Virus record (IMG/VR): IMGVR_UViG_3300047160_006900
Location: 32,001 to 96,000 of that record
DNA length: 64,000 nt
Direction: 5' to 3' (one strand)
Origin: a virus
Shown: positions 45,289 to 54,804 of the stretch, in pieces
How positions within the stretch are numbered: the first letter of the stretch is position 1
How the letters are laid out: each line of letters starts with the position of its first letter
The notes under the pieces: generated by a model
Database searches by the model: none
What the model saw: only the letters and a program-made list of their open reading frames with translations
Told to the model about the DNA's origin: nothing
Position numbers and translations under genes: made by a program

Positions 45289-46574
45289 TGACTGCCCCCG
45301 AGACCAACGTCTTCCGCCCCGCCGTGGTAGCGCAGAGTATCTCGACTCAGTTGGTTCCCGACCCGGTCACCCCCTCCCAGTACGCCCAGGAGCGGTTCCT
45401 GGCGACGTCCACCAATACGGCCAACCCCAACTTCGCTCTGACCAGTGACCGCAACAAGCTGGTGGAGAACGGCGGTCCGATCTCCCGGGGATATATCCGC
45501 CGTTCCGATATCAACGTTGGAGATGCGACCAGCAGCTACCGCCTCTACTTCATGTTCAATCCGGAGACCATCCAGCGGAGCTACATCGCCTACCTCGATC
45601 AGGCAGCGTTGGACCCGGGCAATGCGGTGTTTGGATCCAACAACATGGCTGCGGCCCCGGGGATCGTCCAGTTCACCTTTGAACTGCTGTTCGACCGGCA
45701 GTTGGAGGTAGCGCAGGACCCCTCGCATCCCGGAACCAAGGTCGATTACGACTACTTCGACATCGTGGTCCGGGGGATCGTGCCCGATAGTACCGATACC
45801 GGCAATGCCATCCCCGACAACGGGATCATGATGGTGAACCCCCACAACATCCTGGTGGTGTTCGGAGAGGATCTCTCGGTCCAGGGTCGGGTCCGAGATG
45901 CGGCGGTCAACTTTGAGAAGTTCAACAACGCCATGGTGCCGACCCGGCTGCGGATTCAACTCAACATGATGGCGCTCTACATCGGCCCGGTGCAGACGGT
46001 CCCGAACTACTCGCTGTACAGCAGCGAGGCGACGTCAGCGGCCACGATTCCATTTGAGAAAACGGGCGTTCTCACAGTGACTCAAGAGTCGGTGCAGTTC
46101 GCCAAGGTCAATGCGATTCAGCTAGCGACGACCAACTCCCCGTTTGTTTCCGGCGTGGTATCGCCCATCACCGGGTCGGGAATCGTCACCGGTTCCACAG
46201 ACATGACCACCTTTGCCCACCACCTGCTGCAGAGTCTGAACGTCCCCGACAACGAGAGCAACGTCCAGGCTCTCATCGCCTGGGAGCAGGCCGAGGGCGG
46301 CATTGTCCACAACAACCCGATGAACTGCACTCTGGACCTGCCGGGGGCGACCAACTGGAACAGCATCGGGGTGAAGACTTACGTGTCTCTGGACCAGGGT
46401 CTGCAGGCCACGGTGATGATGATCGTGGATCATCCGGGATATCCGGCCATCTATAACGCCTTGAAGGACGGAACCTCCTCCTGTGCGGTGGGGAAGGCCG
46501 TGGTGTATGGACTGAATGTCAATGGAGAAGCCTGGGGAACCAGCAAACTGCTGCTCGACATCCTGGGGTGCTGA
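45288..46574 (+). CDS. Tail tube initiator-like protein with C-terminal muralytic (lysozyme-like) domain
   Basis: RLYFMFNPE...FELLFDR N-domain; AWEQAEGG...NNPMN...NSIGVKTY...GLQATV C-domain. Confidence 0.7.
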   Translation: MTAPETNVFRPAVVAQSISTQLVPDPVTPSQYAQERFLATSTNTANPNFALTSDRNKLVENGGPISRGYIRRSDINVGDATSSYRLYFMFNPETIQRSYIAYLDQAALDPGNAVFGSNNMAAAPGIVQFTFELLFDRQLEVAQDPSHPGTKVDYDYFDIVVRGIVPDSTDTGNAIPDNGIMMVNPHNILVVFGEDLSVQGRVRDAAVNFEKFNNAMVPTRLRIQLNMMALYIGPVQTVPNYSLYSSEATSAATIPFEKTGVLTVTQESVQFAKVNAIQLATTNSPFVSGVVSPITGSGIVTGSTDMTTFAHHLLQSLNVPDNESNVQALIAWEQAEGGIVHNNPMNCTLDLPGATNWNSIGVKTYVSLDQGLQATVMMIVDHPGYPAIYNALKDGTSSCAVGKAVVYGLNVNGEAWGTSKLLLDILGC

Positions 46575-48037
46575 TGACGACCAATACGTTCGTGCCGCTG
46601 GCGATCACCTCGTCACCAGCGGGGCAATCCACCAACCCCAACCCCCAGGCCATCGATTTGGCGCTGTCGGCGCAGCAGAACTTCTCCACTCTGCTGCGGA
46701 ATCGGTCCTATGCCCGCCTGGATGCTTCCAGTATCACCAAGGCCAACCCGGAGTTCGATACCGGAGCGGCAGGACGAGTGTTGTCCTCGATCACCAATAG
46801 CAATCGGGGAAACGACTTTCGTATCAGTCGGGGATATATCCGTCGGTCGGTGATTGATTCCGGAGATCCCACTAGTGGATACCGGCTCTACTTCATGTTC
46901 AACCCCGAGATGATTCAGCGGAGCTACCAGTCCTATCTGGATCAGCAGGCCTTGGACCCGTTCAACACCATCTTCGGCTCCAACAACCTCGTAGCACCCC
47001 CGGGAGCACTCAGTTTCGGATTCGATCTGTTCTTCGATCGCCAGACGGAGAACGCCTCCGGTGTCATGCCTCGGGGGGTTCTGGAGGATTTCGACTACTT
47101 CAACCTCGTTGTCCGGGGGGTAGTGCCTGACCCCCAACAGCCTGACCTCCCGGACAACGGCATCATGATGATCAACCCCCGTAACTGCACGGTGGTCTTT
47201 AGCCCGCAGCTATCGGTCCAGGGACGTCCGAACACGGCGTACGTGCAGTACCTGAAGTTTGATTCCAGTATGCGGCCGACCCGCATGATGATCCATATCG
47301 ACATGATGGCCCTCTACATCGGGCCGGTGCGGACGGACTTCACCTTCGCCCAGTCCAAGGTGGAGGGAACGGTCTCGGCCACGGTCCCCTATGAGGACAG
47401 CAATACATACCAACTCACTCAAGAGCAGGTGCAGTTCGCCAAGGTTCAGGCCATCGCCTTTGCGACCTCCGGAGGCGCAGACGCAGCCAACCCCGTGAAC
47501 AGTGTGAATGGGGTCATTGCTGGACCGAACTCCGCCCTCCGTATCAATGCCATGGGCTTTGCCGAGTACATCTTGGGTGATCACCGGATCCGGTACACCG
47601 GTTCTCCGGGATCCCCGGTCCCGGTGGACCTCAGTCAGGGTGGGACCGACTGTGCGGGATTGGTCTACTGGGGCTATCGATCCACCGGGGCGTTGGCTGC
47701 GTTGTTGGGATCTCCGACGTCACCGCCGGGGGAATACGCCAGCGGCAATGTCATGTGGGATGCGGCCCGCCGCATGGGGACCATCGTGGCGGAGAACAAC
47801 ACCTTCAACCCGGACTTCTTCAACAACGGGCTGCAGCCGGGGGACATCATGATCGGAGCCCCCCATGTGGCCTGGTGTCACTCCGTGCCCGGGGACGGCA
47901 CGATCATCACCTATGAATGCAACCCGCCCGATGGGGTCTGCCATGAGGTCTTCCCTTACTCCCAGATCACGGGCGGGCCGAACTATCACCGAGTGGCAAT
48001 CCGCCCCGGTATCAACAACACGGTGACGAACCCATGA
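46574..48037 (+). CDS. Tail tube initiator-like paralog with C-terminal NlpC/P60 domain
   Basis: Same N-domain as the previous gene; GTDCAGLVYWGY...LQPGDI...PHVA. Confidence 0.8.
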   Translation: MTTNTFVPLAITSSPAGQSTNPNPQAIDLALSAQQNFSTLLRNRSYARLDASSITKANPEFDTGAAGRVLSSITNSNRGNDFRISRGYIRRSVIDSGDPTSGYRLYFMFNPEMIQRSYQSYLDQQALDPFNTIFGSNNLVAPPGALSFGFDLFFDRQTENASGVMPRGVLEDFDYFNLVVRGVVPDPQQPDLPDNGIMMINPRNCTVVFSPQLSVQGRPNTAYVQYLKFDSSMRPTRMMIHIDMMALYIGPVRTDFTFAQSKVEGTVSATVPYEDSNTYQLTQEQVQFAKVQAIAFATSGGADAANPVNSVNGVIAGPNSALRINAMGFAEYILGDHRIRYTGSPGSPVPVDLSQGGTDCAGLVYWGYRSTGALAALLGSPTSPPGEYASGNVMWDAARRMGTIVAENNTFNPDFFNNGLQPGDIMIGAPHVAWCHSVPGDGTIITYECNPPDGVCHEVFPYSQITGGPNYHRVAIRPGINNTVTNP

Positions 48038-48408
48038 TTACGAGCGACTCCCGATACGCCGATGCGGCCCATGAGAATGCCCTCACCCATCTCTACGATG
48101 CCCTGGGCACACCGGAGACGGTGACGGTGACCGACCAAGCCATCCCGCTGGCTGGGTCCACCACTACGCTGCCCTTGGTGGGGGACACGCTGACCGAGAT
48201 CAGTCGGGACACCACGTACCTGTTGACCACCGTTCCGGGCTCGACGCTTCCTCGGAGCTATATGGCGAAGATGACCGACAACATGCAGTTGTTGGCCTAT
48301 CAGTCCTTGCAGGATCCCACTCGTTGGTGGGTCATCGCTGATGCCAACCCGCAGCTTCGTTACCCGTTCGATCTCACGACGGGCGATGTCATTCATCTCC
48401 CGGGGTGA
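48034..48408 (+). CDS. LysM-like baseplate protein (gp53/gpX-like)
   Basis: SRY N-terminus; LAYQSLQDPTRWWVIADANP...GDVIHLP. Confidence 0.85.
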   Translation: MITSDSRYADAAHENALTHLYDALGTPETVTVTDQAIPLAGSTTTLPLVGDTLTEISRDTTYLLTTVPGSTLPRSYMAKMTDNMQLLAYQSLQDPTRWWVIADANPQLRYPFDLTTGDVIHLPG

Positions 48409-48411
48409 TCC

Positions 48412-49704
48412 GTGCCTGTTGCCGTCACGAACCCAGCACTCTCCGCTCTGGCGGGGCTGCTGGTCTACGACGTCCTGATCAACGACGAGGCGGTCAACCT
48501 CACGTCGTCGGAGATTTCCCAAGTCGGCGTCACCAACGCCGAGGGCCAACACGAAGCAGCCGTGGTCACTACGCAACTGACCAAGCCGCAGATCTCTCGG
48601 TTCGTGGACAAGCCGATCTCATTCAATTATGGGAGCAGTATCAATAGCAATACATTCTACGGCTACGTGGTCGCCATCACGCCGAACCAGAACTACCAGG
48701 ACGACTCCATTGTGGACATCGCCTGCATCGGGGTGACCTGGCCGATGCAGAACGGGACCCAGAAGTTCGTCCGTAACATCACCGCCCCCGACATGTTCGC
48801 CGCCATCGTGACCGGAGGGTTCCGTCAAGACGTCTCCACCGGATACAACCTGGGGGCTCAGGTCGATACCCACTCCTATGTCTGGCCCATCCTGGCCCAG
48901 AGCAACGAGAGCGACTGGGAGTACCTGCTCACGCTGGCCGAGCGGGTGGGGTATGCGGTCTACAACTATCGGGGCGTGGTGAGGATGGTGAAGCCCCTGC
49001 GGATCCTCACCGAGACCCCGGTGTTCGCCAGCTTCATCAAGGGTGACCAGATCTTGGATCAGACCCGGACCCTGTTGGATTGGCAGGCCACCACTCAGTC
49101 GCTCAACGTGCGGCAGAACATCCTCCCTTCCTTCGGATTCTTCGACGGGACGACGGCGGCGACCAGCCTGACCCCTACCTCGGCGGGCGTCCTTTCGGCC
49201 TTCCCGCAGGGATCCTCTCCGGTAGCAGCGATCCCGGTGATCCCTGCTACCTCTTCAACGAGCCAGTCGAATCTGATCTCTCCGTATTCGGTACGGACTG
49301 ATACCCCGGTCAAAGACCGGGGCATGGCGGATACGTATAGCCAGGCCTGGAAGAACCGGATCGACTTCTGGAACGAACAGGCCGAGGCTCGTATCAATGG
49401 GAATGCCAGGATCGTGCCTGGAGTGAACATCTCGGTCCAAGTCAGCGGGGTCCAGAATGCGGTCAATGACTATGACGGAGTGTGGATGGTCCGGGGGGTC
49501 AAGCACACCCTGACTCACTCGTCCTTCCAGACCCTGTTGGACCTGGCCCGGGATACCACCTCTAAGCCGGTGAATGCCACTGACAACTGGTTCTGGAATG
49601 TGCCTCGGGGAGCCCCCAAGGTGATCCGTGATCCGGCCACCAATAAGTGGAAGTCTTCTTGGGGATCATCCCCTGAGTTCATCCAGACCACATTGGCGTC
49701 CTGA
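48412..49704 (+). CDS. Baseplate hub protein (gpD/VgrG-like)
   Basis: FYGYV, QSNESDWEYLLTLAERVG, GNARIVPG and DGVWMVRGVKH motifs. Confidence 0.85.
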   Translation: MPVAVTNPALSALAGLLVYDVLINDEAVNLTSSEISQVGVTNAEGQHEAAVVTTQLTKPQISRFVDKPISFNYGSSINSNTFYGYVVAITPNQNYQDDSIVDIACIGVTWPMQNGTQKFVRNITAPDMFAAIVTGGFRQDVSTGYNLGAQVDTHSYVWPILAQSNESDWEYLLTLAERVGYAVYNYRGVVRMVKPLRILTETPVFASFIKGDQILDQTRTLLDWQATTQSLNVRQNILPSFGFFDGTTAATSLTPTSAGVLSAFPQGSSPVAAIPVIPATSSTSQSNLISPYSVRTDTPVKDRGMADTYSQAWKNRIDFWNEQAEARINGNARIVPGVNISVQVSGVQNAVNDYDGVWMVRGVKHTLTHSSFQTLLDLARDTTSKPVNATDNWFWNVPRGAPKVIRDPATNKWKSSWGSSPEFIQTTLAS

Positions 49705-49714
49705 AAGGACCGTA

Positions 49715-50098
49715 ATGCTTGCGCTCACCGACCCGATGGCGATCATCAACGGGGGCGTCGCTACCACCACGGTCTACGACAAGATCGTGCAGGACCAGTT
49801 GGTCGATGCGGTGATGACGAACCAGGGCGAGCGGATCATGCATCCCACCTGGGGCTGCAACATCCAGGGCTTGCTCTATGACCCGGCGTCGTCCTTGGAG
49901 CGACAGGATGCCGCCTCTTATATCCGGGATCTTCTTATTCACATGGTCCCCCGAGCCATTGTGATGTCGGTGGATGTCAGCGTGGAGCAAGGAGCCCCCA
50001 ACGTCGTCCACATTGATATCGTCTATAAAACGTCCAACTACTCTCCCGCTTCCTCGGTATCGGTAGCGGTGGATACGACCGCAGGAGTCACCCAATGA
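49715..50098 (+). CDS. Baseplate wedge gp25-like sheath initiator
   Basis: TNQGERIMHPTWGCNI motif. Confidence 0.9.
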   Translation: MLALTDPMAIINGGVATTTVYDKIVQDQLVDAVMTNQGERIMHPTWGCNIQGLLYDPASSLERQDAASYIRDLLIHMVPRAIVMSVDVSVEQGAPNVVHIDIVYKTSNYSPASSVSVAVDTTAGVTQ

Positions 50099-52689
50099 GC
50101 ACGACTCCGCAGGTTGTCGATACCTCCAAGCGGGTCATCCTCGACTACACCAGTCGGGACTACAAGGCCATCCGGTCCATGCTGGTGGGCCTGGCCGGTG
50201 GTCTGCTCCCGGACTGGGAGACGGTGGGCGAGACCGGTGACTTCGGCACCCTGCTGCTGGAGTTGTACGCCTACACGGGCGACGTCATGAACTACTACGT
50301 CGATCGGGTGGCCTCGGAGGCCTTCCTGGGCACGGCGGTCCGACGGCAGAGCGCTCTTTACATCGCTGACATGCTGGGGTACCAGCCCATGGGCCAGCGG
50401 GCGGCGTCCGTGCCCATCACCTTCACCTGGACCTGGGACACCAACAACCTGACTGGTGGAGTCATCCCGATCTCCACCTATGCCGTTGCTTCAGCCACCG
50501 CCACGAATGGGGTAGCGACGGTGGGGGTCACCAGCGATACCTTCTCGGTGGTCCTGGTCCCTGGTCAGACCGTCACCATCTCTGGGGTGGGGTCTCCCTT
50601 CGACGGCCGCTTCGTGGTGAGGTCGGTGACCGACGCCACTGCCACCACACCGCTGTTGATCACCTACAACATCACCGACCCGGCGGTGTTCACTGGGACG
50701 ATCGGGGGTTCCTCCCAGATCACCACCGGGTCGGTGGTCATCGTCCTCGCCGGGACCCGCCTCTCCTCCGCTCCCGATGCCAGTGGGCAGGTCTACACCT
50801 TTGAGACCGATATCGACGTCACCCTGGACACCGCCGCCGGGAAGAGCACGCCTGCTGCTCCTACGGTGTTCACCGTCACCTTCGCCACCACGGCGTCCGA
50901 GGGTCTGACCGTGGCTCCCTACCTGCTGGGGACCAGCCAGGGTATTCCCAACGCCGAGTATGTGATCAGTGACGTGGGGGTCATCGACCGCACGGTCCAG
51001 GTGTTCACCAAGGAGGGTGGGGCGGTCATCACCTGGGCCAGTCTGCAGAAGATCGCCCAGGCCAGCCCCACCCAGTCGTCCTACGCCACCTACATCGATG
51101 ACCAGAACTTCACCCACATCATGTTCGGGGACGGGACGTCCGGTCGGATCCCTCCGGCCAATGCCGAGATCTACGTCGGCTATCGCTTCGGCTCTGGGGC
51201 AGCGGCCAACAACCTGGGTATCGGGTCGATCAATGTCCTGAACAACGATTTCGCTACCAGTCTGGGGGTGTCGGTCTCCAACCCAGGGGCTCCGGTGGGG
51301 GGAGCGGACGTGGAGTCGGTGGACTCCATGCGCTTCTCCATCCCCCGTTCCAATGCCCTCAAGCAGCGGGCGGTCACGCTGGATGACTACACCAGCCTGG
51401 CCCTCCAGGTACCAGGGATTACCAAGGCCACGGCCTATGGGCAGAACTACACCTCGGTGTACGTGCGGATTGCTTCCAGCCCCCAGTCGCAGGGCTACGT
51501 GGTCACCGACGTCACTGGGCTGTACGTGTCGACGGCGACCATCCCGGCCCAGGTCACCGTGCCCCTGAACAACGACTACGCCCTGGTCTTGGGGGAGTTC
51601 TTCTTCCTCGACAACGTGCGTGACGACCTGGATGGGACGCAGACCCCGACCAATGTCTGGCTGTCCTCCAGCACCCAGACCGTGGTCACGGCAGCCTCGT
51701 TGACCAGCTACGTGGTCACCCTCACCACCGCCACGGTTCATACCTATCAGCAAGGTCAGCCCATCGTCGTGTCCGGGGTCAACCAGGCGGTGTTCAACGG
51801 GGTCCAGGTCATCTCGGCCGTGCCCGATGCCAACACCGTGCAGTATCTGGTGGCTACCGCAGGACCGACGACGGGGATCATCAGCGGGACGGCAGCCATC
51901 ACCGCCGAGCCCGGGATCACCTTTGAGTCCGATACCACGACCGATACCACCCCCGGTGGGGGAGCAGGACCAGTGGTGGAAACGGTCTCGGACACGGCCA
52001 CGACCACCAGCATTGACCCGGAGATGCAGAAGCTGATCAACGCCTTGGAGTCCTATCTGGTCGACAAGAAGCTCATCGGCTCCGTGGTGTACGGGGAGCC
52101 GGTGCAGTGGACCGATACCGATATCAATATGAACGTGGTCGTACGCCCGCTCTACAACCGGGAGAGCGTGCGCTCCGCCGTGCAGTCGGCGGTGATGTCG
52201 GTGTTCGACTACACCAACGTGGACTTCGGACGACGGGTCAGCATCGGGGATGTATACCGGGCGGCGCTGGCGGTGGACGGGGTCGACTACGTCGTCATGA
52301 ACCGACTGGCCGAGACCGTGTCCTCGTCCTACAACGTGGTCAAGGACATCAACGGGACCGACGATTATGTCTTGACCGTGACCCGAGCCCAGATGGACGC
52401 CGGGGTGGTCACCCTCAACGTCCATGAGACGCTCAACCTCAAGGTGGGGGACACGGTCACGGTCACGAATGTGGGCTCCTACTTCGACGGCCAGTTCGTG
52501 GTCACCACCATTGTGAGCGAGATGCGCTTCACCTACGCCACGCTCACCGGGCTGACCTTCGCCTCATTCCCGACCACCAACGCCACGGCGACCCGGGACG
52601 ACTCGCAGAACCTGTACCGGATCCCCCGGATCAATCCCAACCTGGCCCTGCCCTGGGTCACGGCGACCGGCGGGCTGGTGAACACCTAG
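50095..52689 (+). CDS. Baseplate wedge protein (gpJ/gp6-like) with inserted beta modules
   Basis: DYTSRDY, EAFLGTA, FGDG..GRIP, GGADVES, RAVTLDDY and VDGVDYV motifs. Confidence 0.92.
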   Translation: MSTTPQVVDTSKRVILDYTSRDYKAIRSMLVGLAGGLLPDWETVGETGDFGTLLLELYAYTGDVMNYYVDRVASEAFLGTAVRRQSALYIADMLGYQPMGQRAASVPITFTWTWDTNNLTGGVIPISTYAVASATATNGVATVGVTSDTFSVVLVPGQTVTISGVGSPFDGRFVVRSVTDATATTPLLITYNITDPAVFTGTIGGSSQITTGSVVIVLAGTRLSSAPDASGQVYTFETDIDVTLDTAAGKSTPAAPTVFTVTFATTASEGLTVAPYLLGTSQGIPNAEYVISDVGVIDRTVQVFTKEGGAVITWASLQKIAQASPTQSSYATYIDDQNFTHIMFGDGTSGRIPPANAEIYVGYRFGSGAAANNLGIGSINVLNNDFATSLGVSVSNPGAPVGGADVESVDSMRFSIPRSNALKQRAVTLDDYTSLALQVPGITKATAYGQNYTSVYVRIASSPQSQGYVVTDVTGLYVSTATIPAQVTVPLNNDYALVLGEFFFLDNVRDDLDGTQTPTNVWLSSSTQTVVTAASLTSYVVTLTTATVHTYQQGQPIVVSGVNQAVFNGVQVISAVPDANTVQYLVATAGPTTGIISGTAAITAEPGITFESDTTTDTTPGGGAGPVVETVSDTATTTSIDPEMQKLINALESYLVDKKLIGSVVYGEPVQWTDTDINMNVVVRPLYNRESVRSAVQSAVMSVFDYTNVDFGRRVSIGDVYRAALAVDGVDYVVMNRLAETVSSSYNVVKDINGTDDYVLTVTRAQMDAGVVTLNVHETLNLKVGDTVTVTNVGSYFDGQFVVTTIVSEMRFTYATLTGLTFASFPTTNATATRDDSQNLYRIPRINPNLALPWVTATGGLVNT

Positions 52690-54804
52690 ATGCCTGACCC
52701 CTCGGCCTACAGCCCTTCGTTCCAGGTTGATACCGATACCGTCGGGGCAGCGCTTGAGGCCAGTATCGCAGCGATTGATACCGGTGGTCCGAAGGGTGGT
52801 CCTACGATCACCATCACCACCACCGCTGCCCACCACTTCGGAGTGGGTTGGGAAGTCACCATCCAGGGGCTGACCGGAGACTACGAGGTCATCAACGGGG
52901 TCTACTCGATCATCGAGATCCCCTCCGCCACGACGTTCCGGTTCTCTCTCACCACCAACCTGGCCCCCCGGAATGTGGTCGAGGGGAAAGCGCTCTCTCC
53001 TTCCCCCTCATATATCCGATACATCCCCCACGACACGCTCATCAGTAGCGTCACCAATCACACCACGTTGTACGTGGAGCCGTGGGACTACAACACCATC
53101 CGGGTCACTTGGGGGACGGACGTCACGCTCAACGATCGAGCCGTTCGGGATATCAACAACGGTCATACCCCGTTGGTGGTGATCACTCGATCGGGTTTCG
53201 GGTATCCCTCCACCCCTATCGATGGCGTTCAGGTCCTGGCCGGTCACTACCACGACTACATCGTGGACGACGCCCACCCCCGCCCGGTGGAGTACGTCGA
53301 GACCATGCCCGTCAACACCCAGAACGACTGGACCCGACAGGTCCCTCCCGTTCAGGGGCTCTACGACCGCAACCTGCCGCAGGGGCACTGGTTCTACTAC
53401 ACGGTGTTCTTCTACCTGGGGTCCTATGACGACCTCACCCAGGACTTCCTCGGGCAGGTGTGGGTCAAGTCGGCATCCATGGACGCCGTTACCCCCGTGA
53501 ATCACCACCACGCCGAGCGGCTCTACGATCTGGTCCCGGAGTACTACCAGTTCAAGGACTCGGAGTTCCTGGCCGGGACCGGGCGGAGGGGTGTCGTTGA
53601 ACGGTTTCTCCAGGTCATCGGATTCGATCTCGACTACACCCTCACTCTGGCGGACGGCATTGAGCACGTCTACGACGTCGACACCACCCACGACGACCTG
53701 CTACATAGTCTGGGAGTCTTCAATTTTGGCGTACCTGTTGAAGACGGACTGGGAGATATCCGATACCGATCCCTCCTAGCGACCGTCAGTCGGCTGTACG
53801 AGGAGCGGGGCAGCGCAGCGGGGCTGCAGCAGATGACCAATGCGGCGACCAAGTATCGCTGCAAGGTCCTGGAAGGCCCCAACATGATGAACCTGGCGGA
53901 CGATGCCGAGTTCGCCAGCGGGACCGGGTCTTGGGGCAACCCGGTGAATGCCTACGCCGATGAGATCCACGCCATGGACTGGTTGGGGAGGACGATCTCC
54001 AGCTTCAACGCCGTGTCGATGGAGTCGGTCCCTCTGCTCACCACCCCCGAGGGAGGCCAGGGCTCCCTGGTCGTCCGGCGGAACGCCATGGAGGTGGGGG
54101 TCAAGACCCTCCCGGCGGGGTTCGATGAGCGGCTGACCCACTTCGATGCGGCGTCCCCGTTCGACGGGGTGGCCCCGACGTCGGTCTCCGGGGAGGACAT
54201 CGGGTTCGACGCCGACCTCCCCTTCGACTACATCGTGGACTTTGACGGGGCAGGCTCGATCTCGGACGCCGTGCTGCTGACCTGTGGGTTGGGGGAGGGG
54301 ATCACCCAGGGTCGACGGCACGAAGAGATGCTGGTGAACTTCTATCCCCGGTTGCACGGAATCCGCTGCATGCCGGAGAAGACCTACACCTTCTCGGGCT
54401 ACTCCGTGCTGTCGACCACCCCGCCGCTGGTGGGCAACGCCGCCGTGGGCATCATGTGGTTCAACGAGGACGAGGACGGGATCTTCACCTTCAACCAGGA
54501 CTTCATCTCCAAGGACGAGTCGGTCCGGGGCTTGGAGGCCACCTCCGCTGATGACAATGTCCCTGGTCCCTTCCGGCGCTTCTCCATCGACTCGATCGCT
54601 CCGTTGGCCCTGCGGGGAGAGAACTACGTCTTCGCCGTGCCCTACTGGGTGTTCACCGACTCCCAGGCCCGATACATCTCGGCCTGCATGTTCCATCCCC
54701 AGGTCAATACCTCTCAGACGTTCGCTCTGCCGACCGTGCAGTACCTGCGGCTGGGTATGCCTCGGGAGACGTTGGATTCCGGGTTCGTGTTGGGGTCGCC
54801 GTGA
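52690..54804 (+). CDS. Baseplate wedge protein (P2 gpI-like region)
   Basis: LYDLVPEYY...ERFLQVIGFDLD...LYEERGSAAGL. Confidence 0.75.
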   Translation: MPDPSAYSPSFQVDTDTVGAALEASIAAIDTGGPKGGPTITITTTAAHHFGVGWEVTIQGLTGDYEVINGVYSIIEIPSATTFRFSLTTNLAPRNVVEGKALSPSPSYIRYIPHDTLISSVTNHTTLYVEPWDYNTIRVTWGTDVTLNDRAVRDINNGHTPLVVITRSGFGYPSTPIDGVQVLAGHYHDYIVDDAHPRPVEYVETMPVNTQNDWTRQVPPVQGLYDRNLPQGHWFYYTVFFYLGSYDDLTQDFLGQVWVKSASMDAVTPVNHHHAERLYDLVPEYYQFKDSEFLAGTGRRGVVERFLQVIGFDLDYTLTLADGIEHVYDVDTTHDDLLHSLGVFNFGVPVEDGLGDIRYRSLLATVSRLYEERGSAAGLQQMTNAATKYRCKVLEGPNMMNLADDAEFASGTGSWGNPVNAYADEIHAMDWLGRTISSFNAVSMESVPLLTTPEGGQGSLVVRRNAMEVGVKTLPAGFDERLTHFDAASPFDGVAPTSVSGEDIGFDADLPFDYIVDFDGAGSISDAVLLTCGLGEGITQGRRHEEMLVNFYPRLHGIRCMPEKTYTFSGYSVLSTTPPLVGNAAVGIMWFNEDEDGIFTFNQDFISKDESVRGLEATSADDNVPGPFRRFSIDSIAPLALRGENYVFAVPYWVFTDSQARYISACMFHPQVNTSQTFALPTVQYLRLGMPRETLDSGFVLGSP

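Noticed and set aside
34566-52425. Long minus-strand ORFs (e.g. 34566-36527, 50491-52425, also 8265-9500, 12443-13822, 24731-26146)
   Set aside because: They are antisense shadows of high-GC coding genes, Arg/Gly/Val/His-rich with no motifs, and fully overlap well-supported + strand genes.
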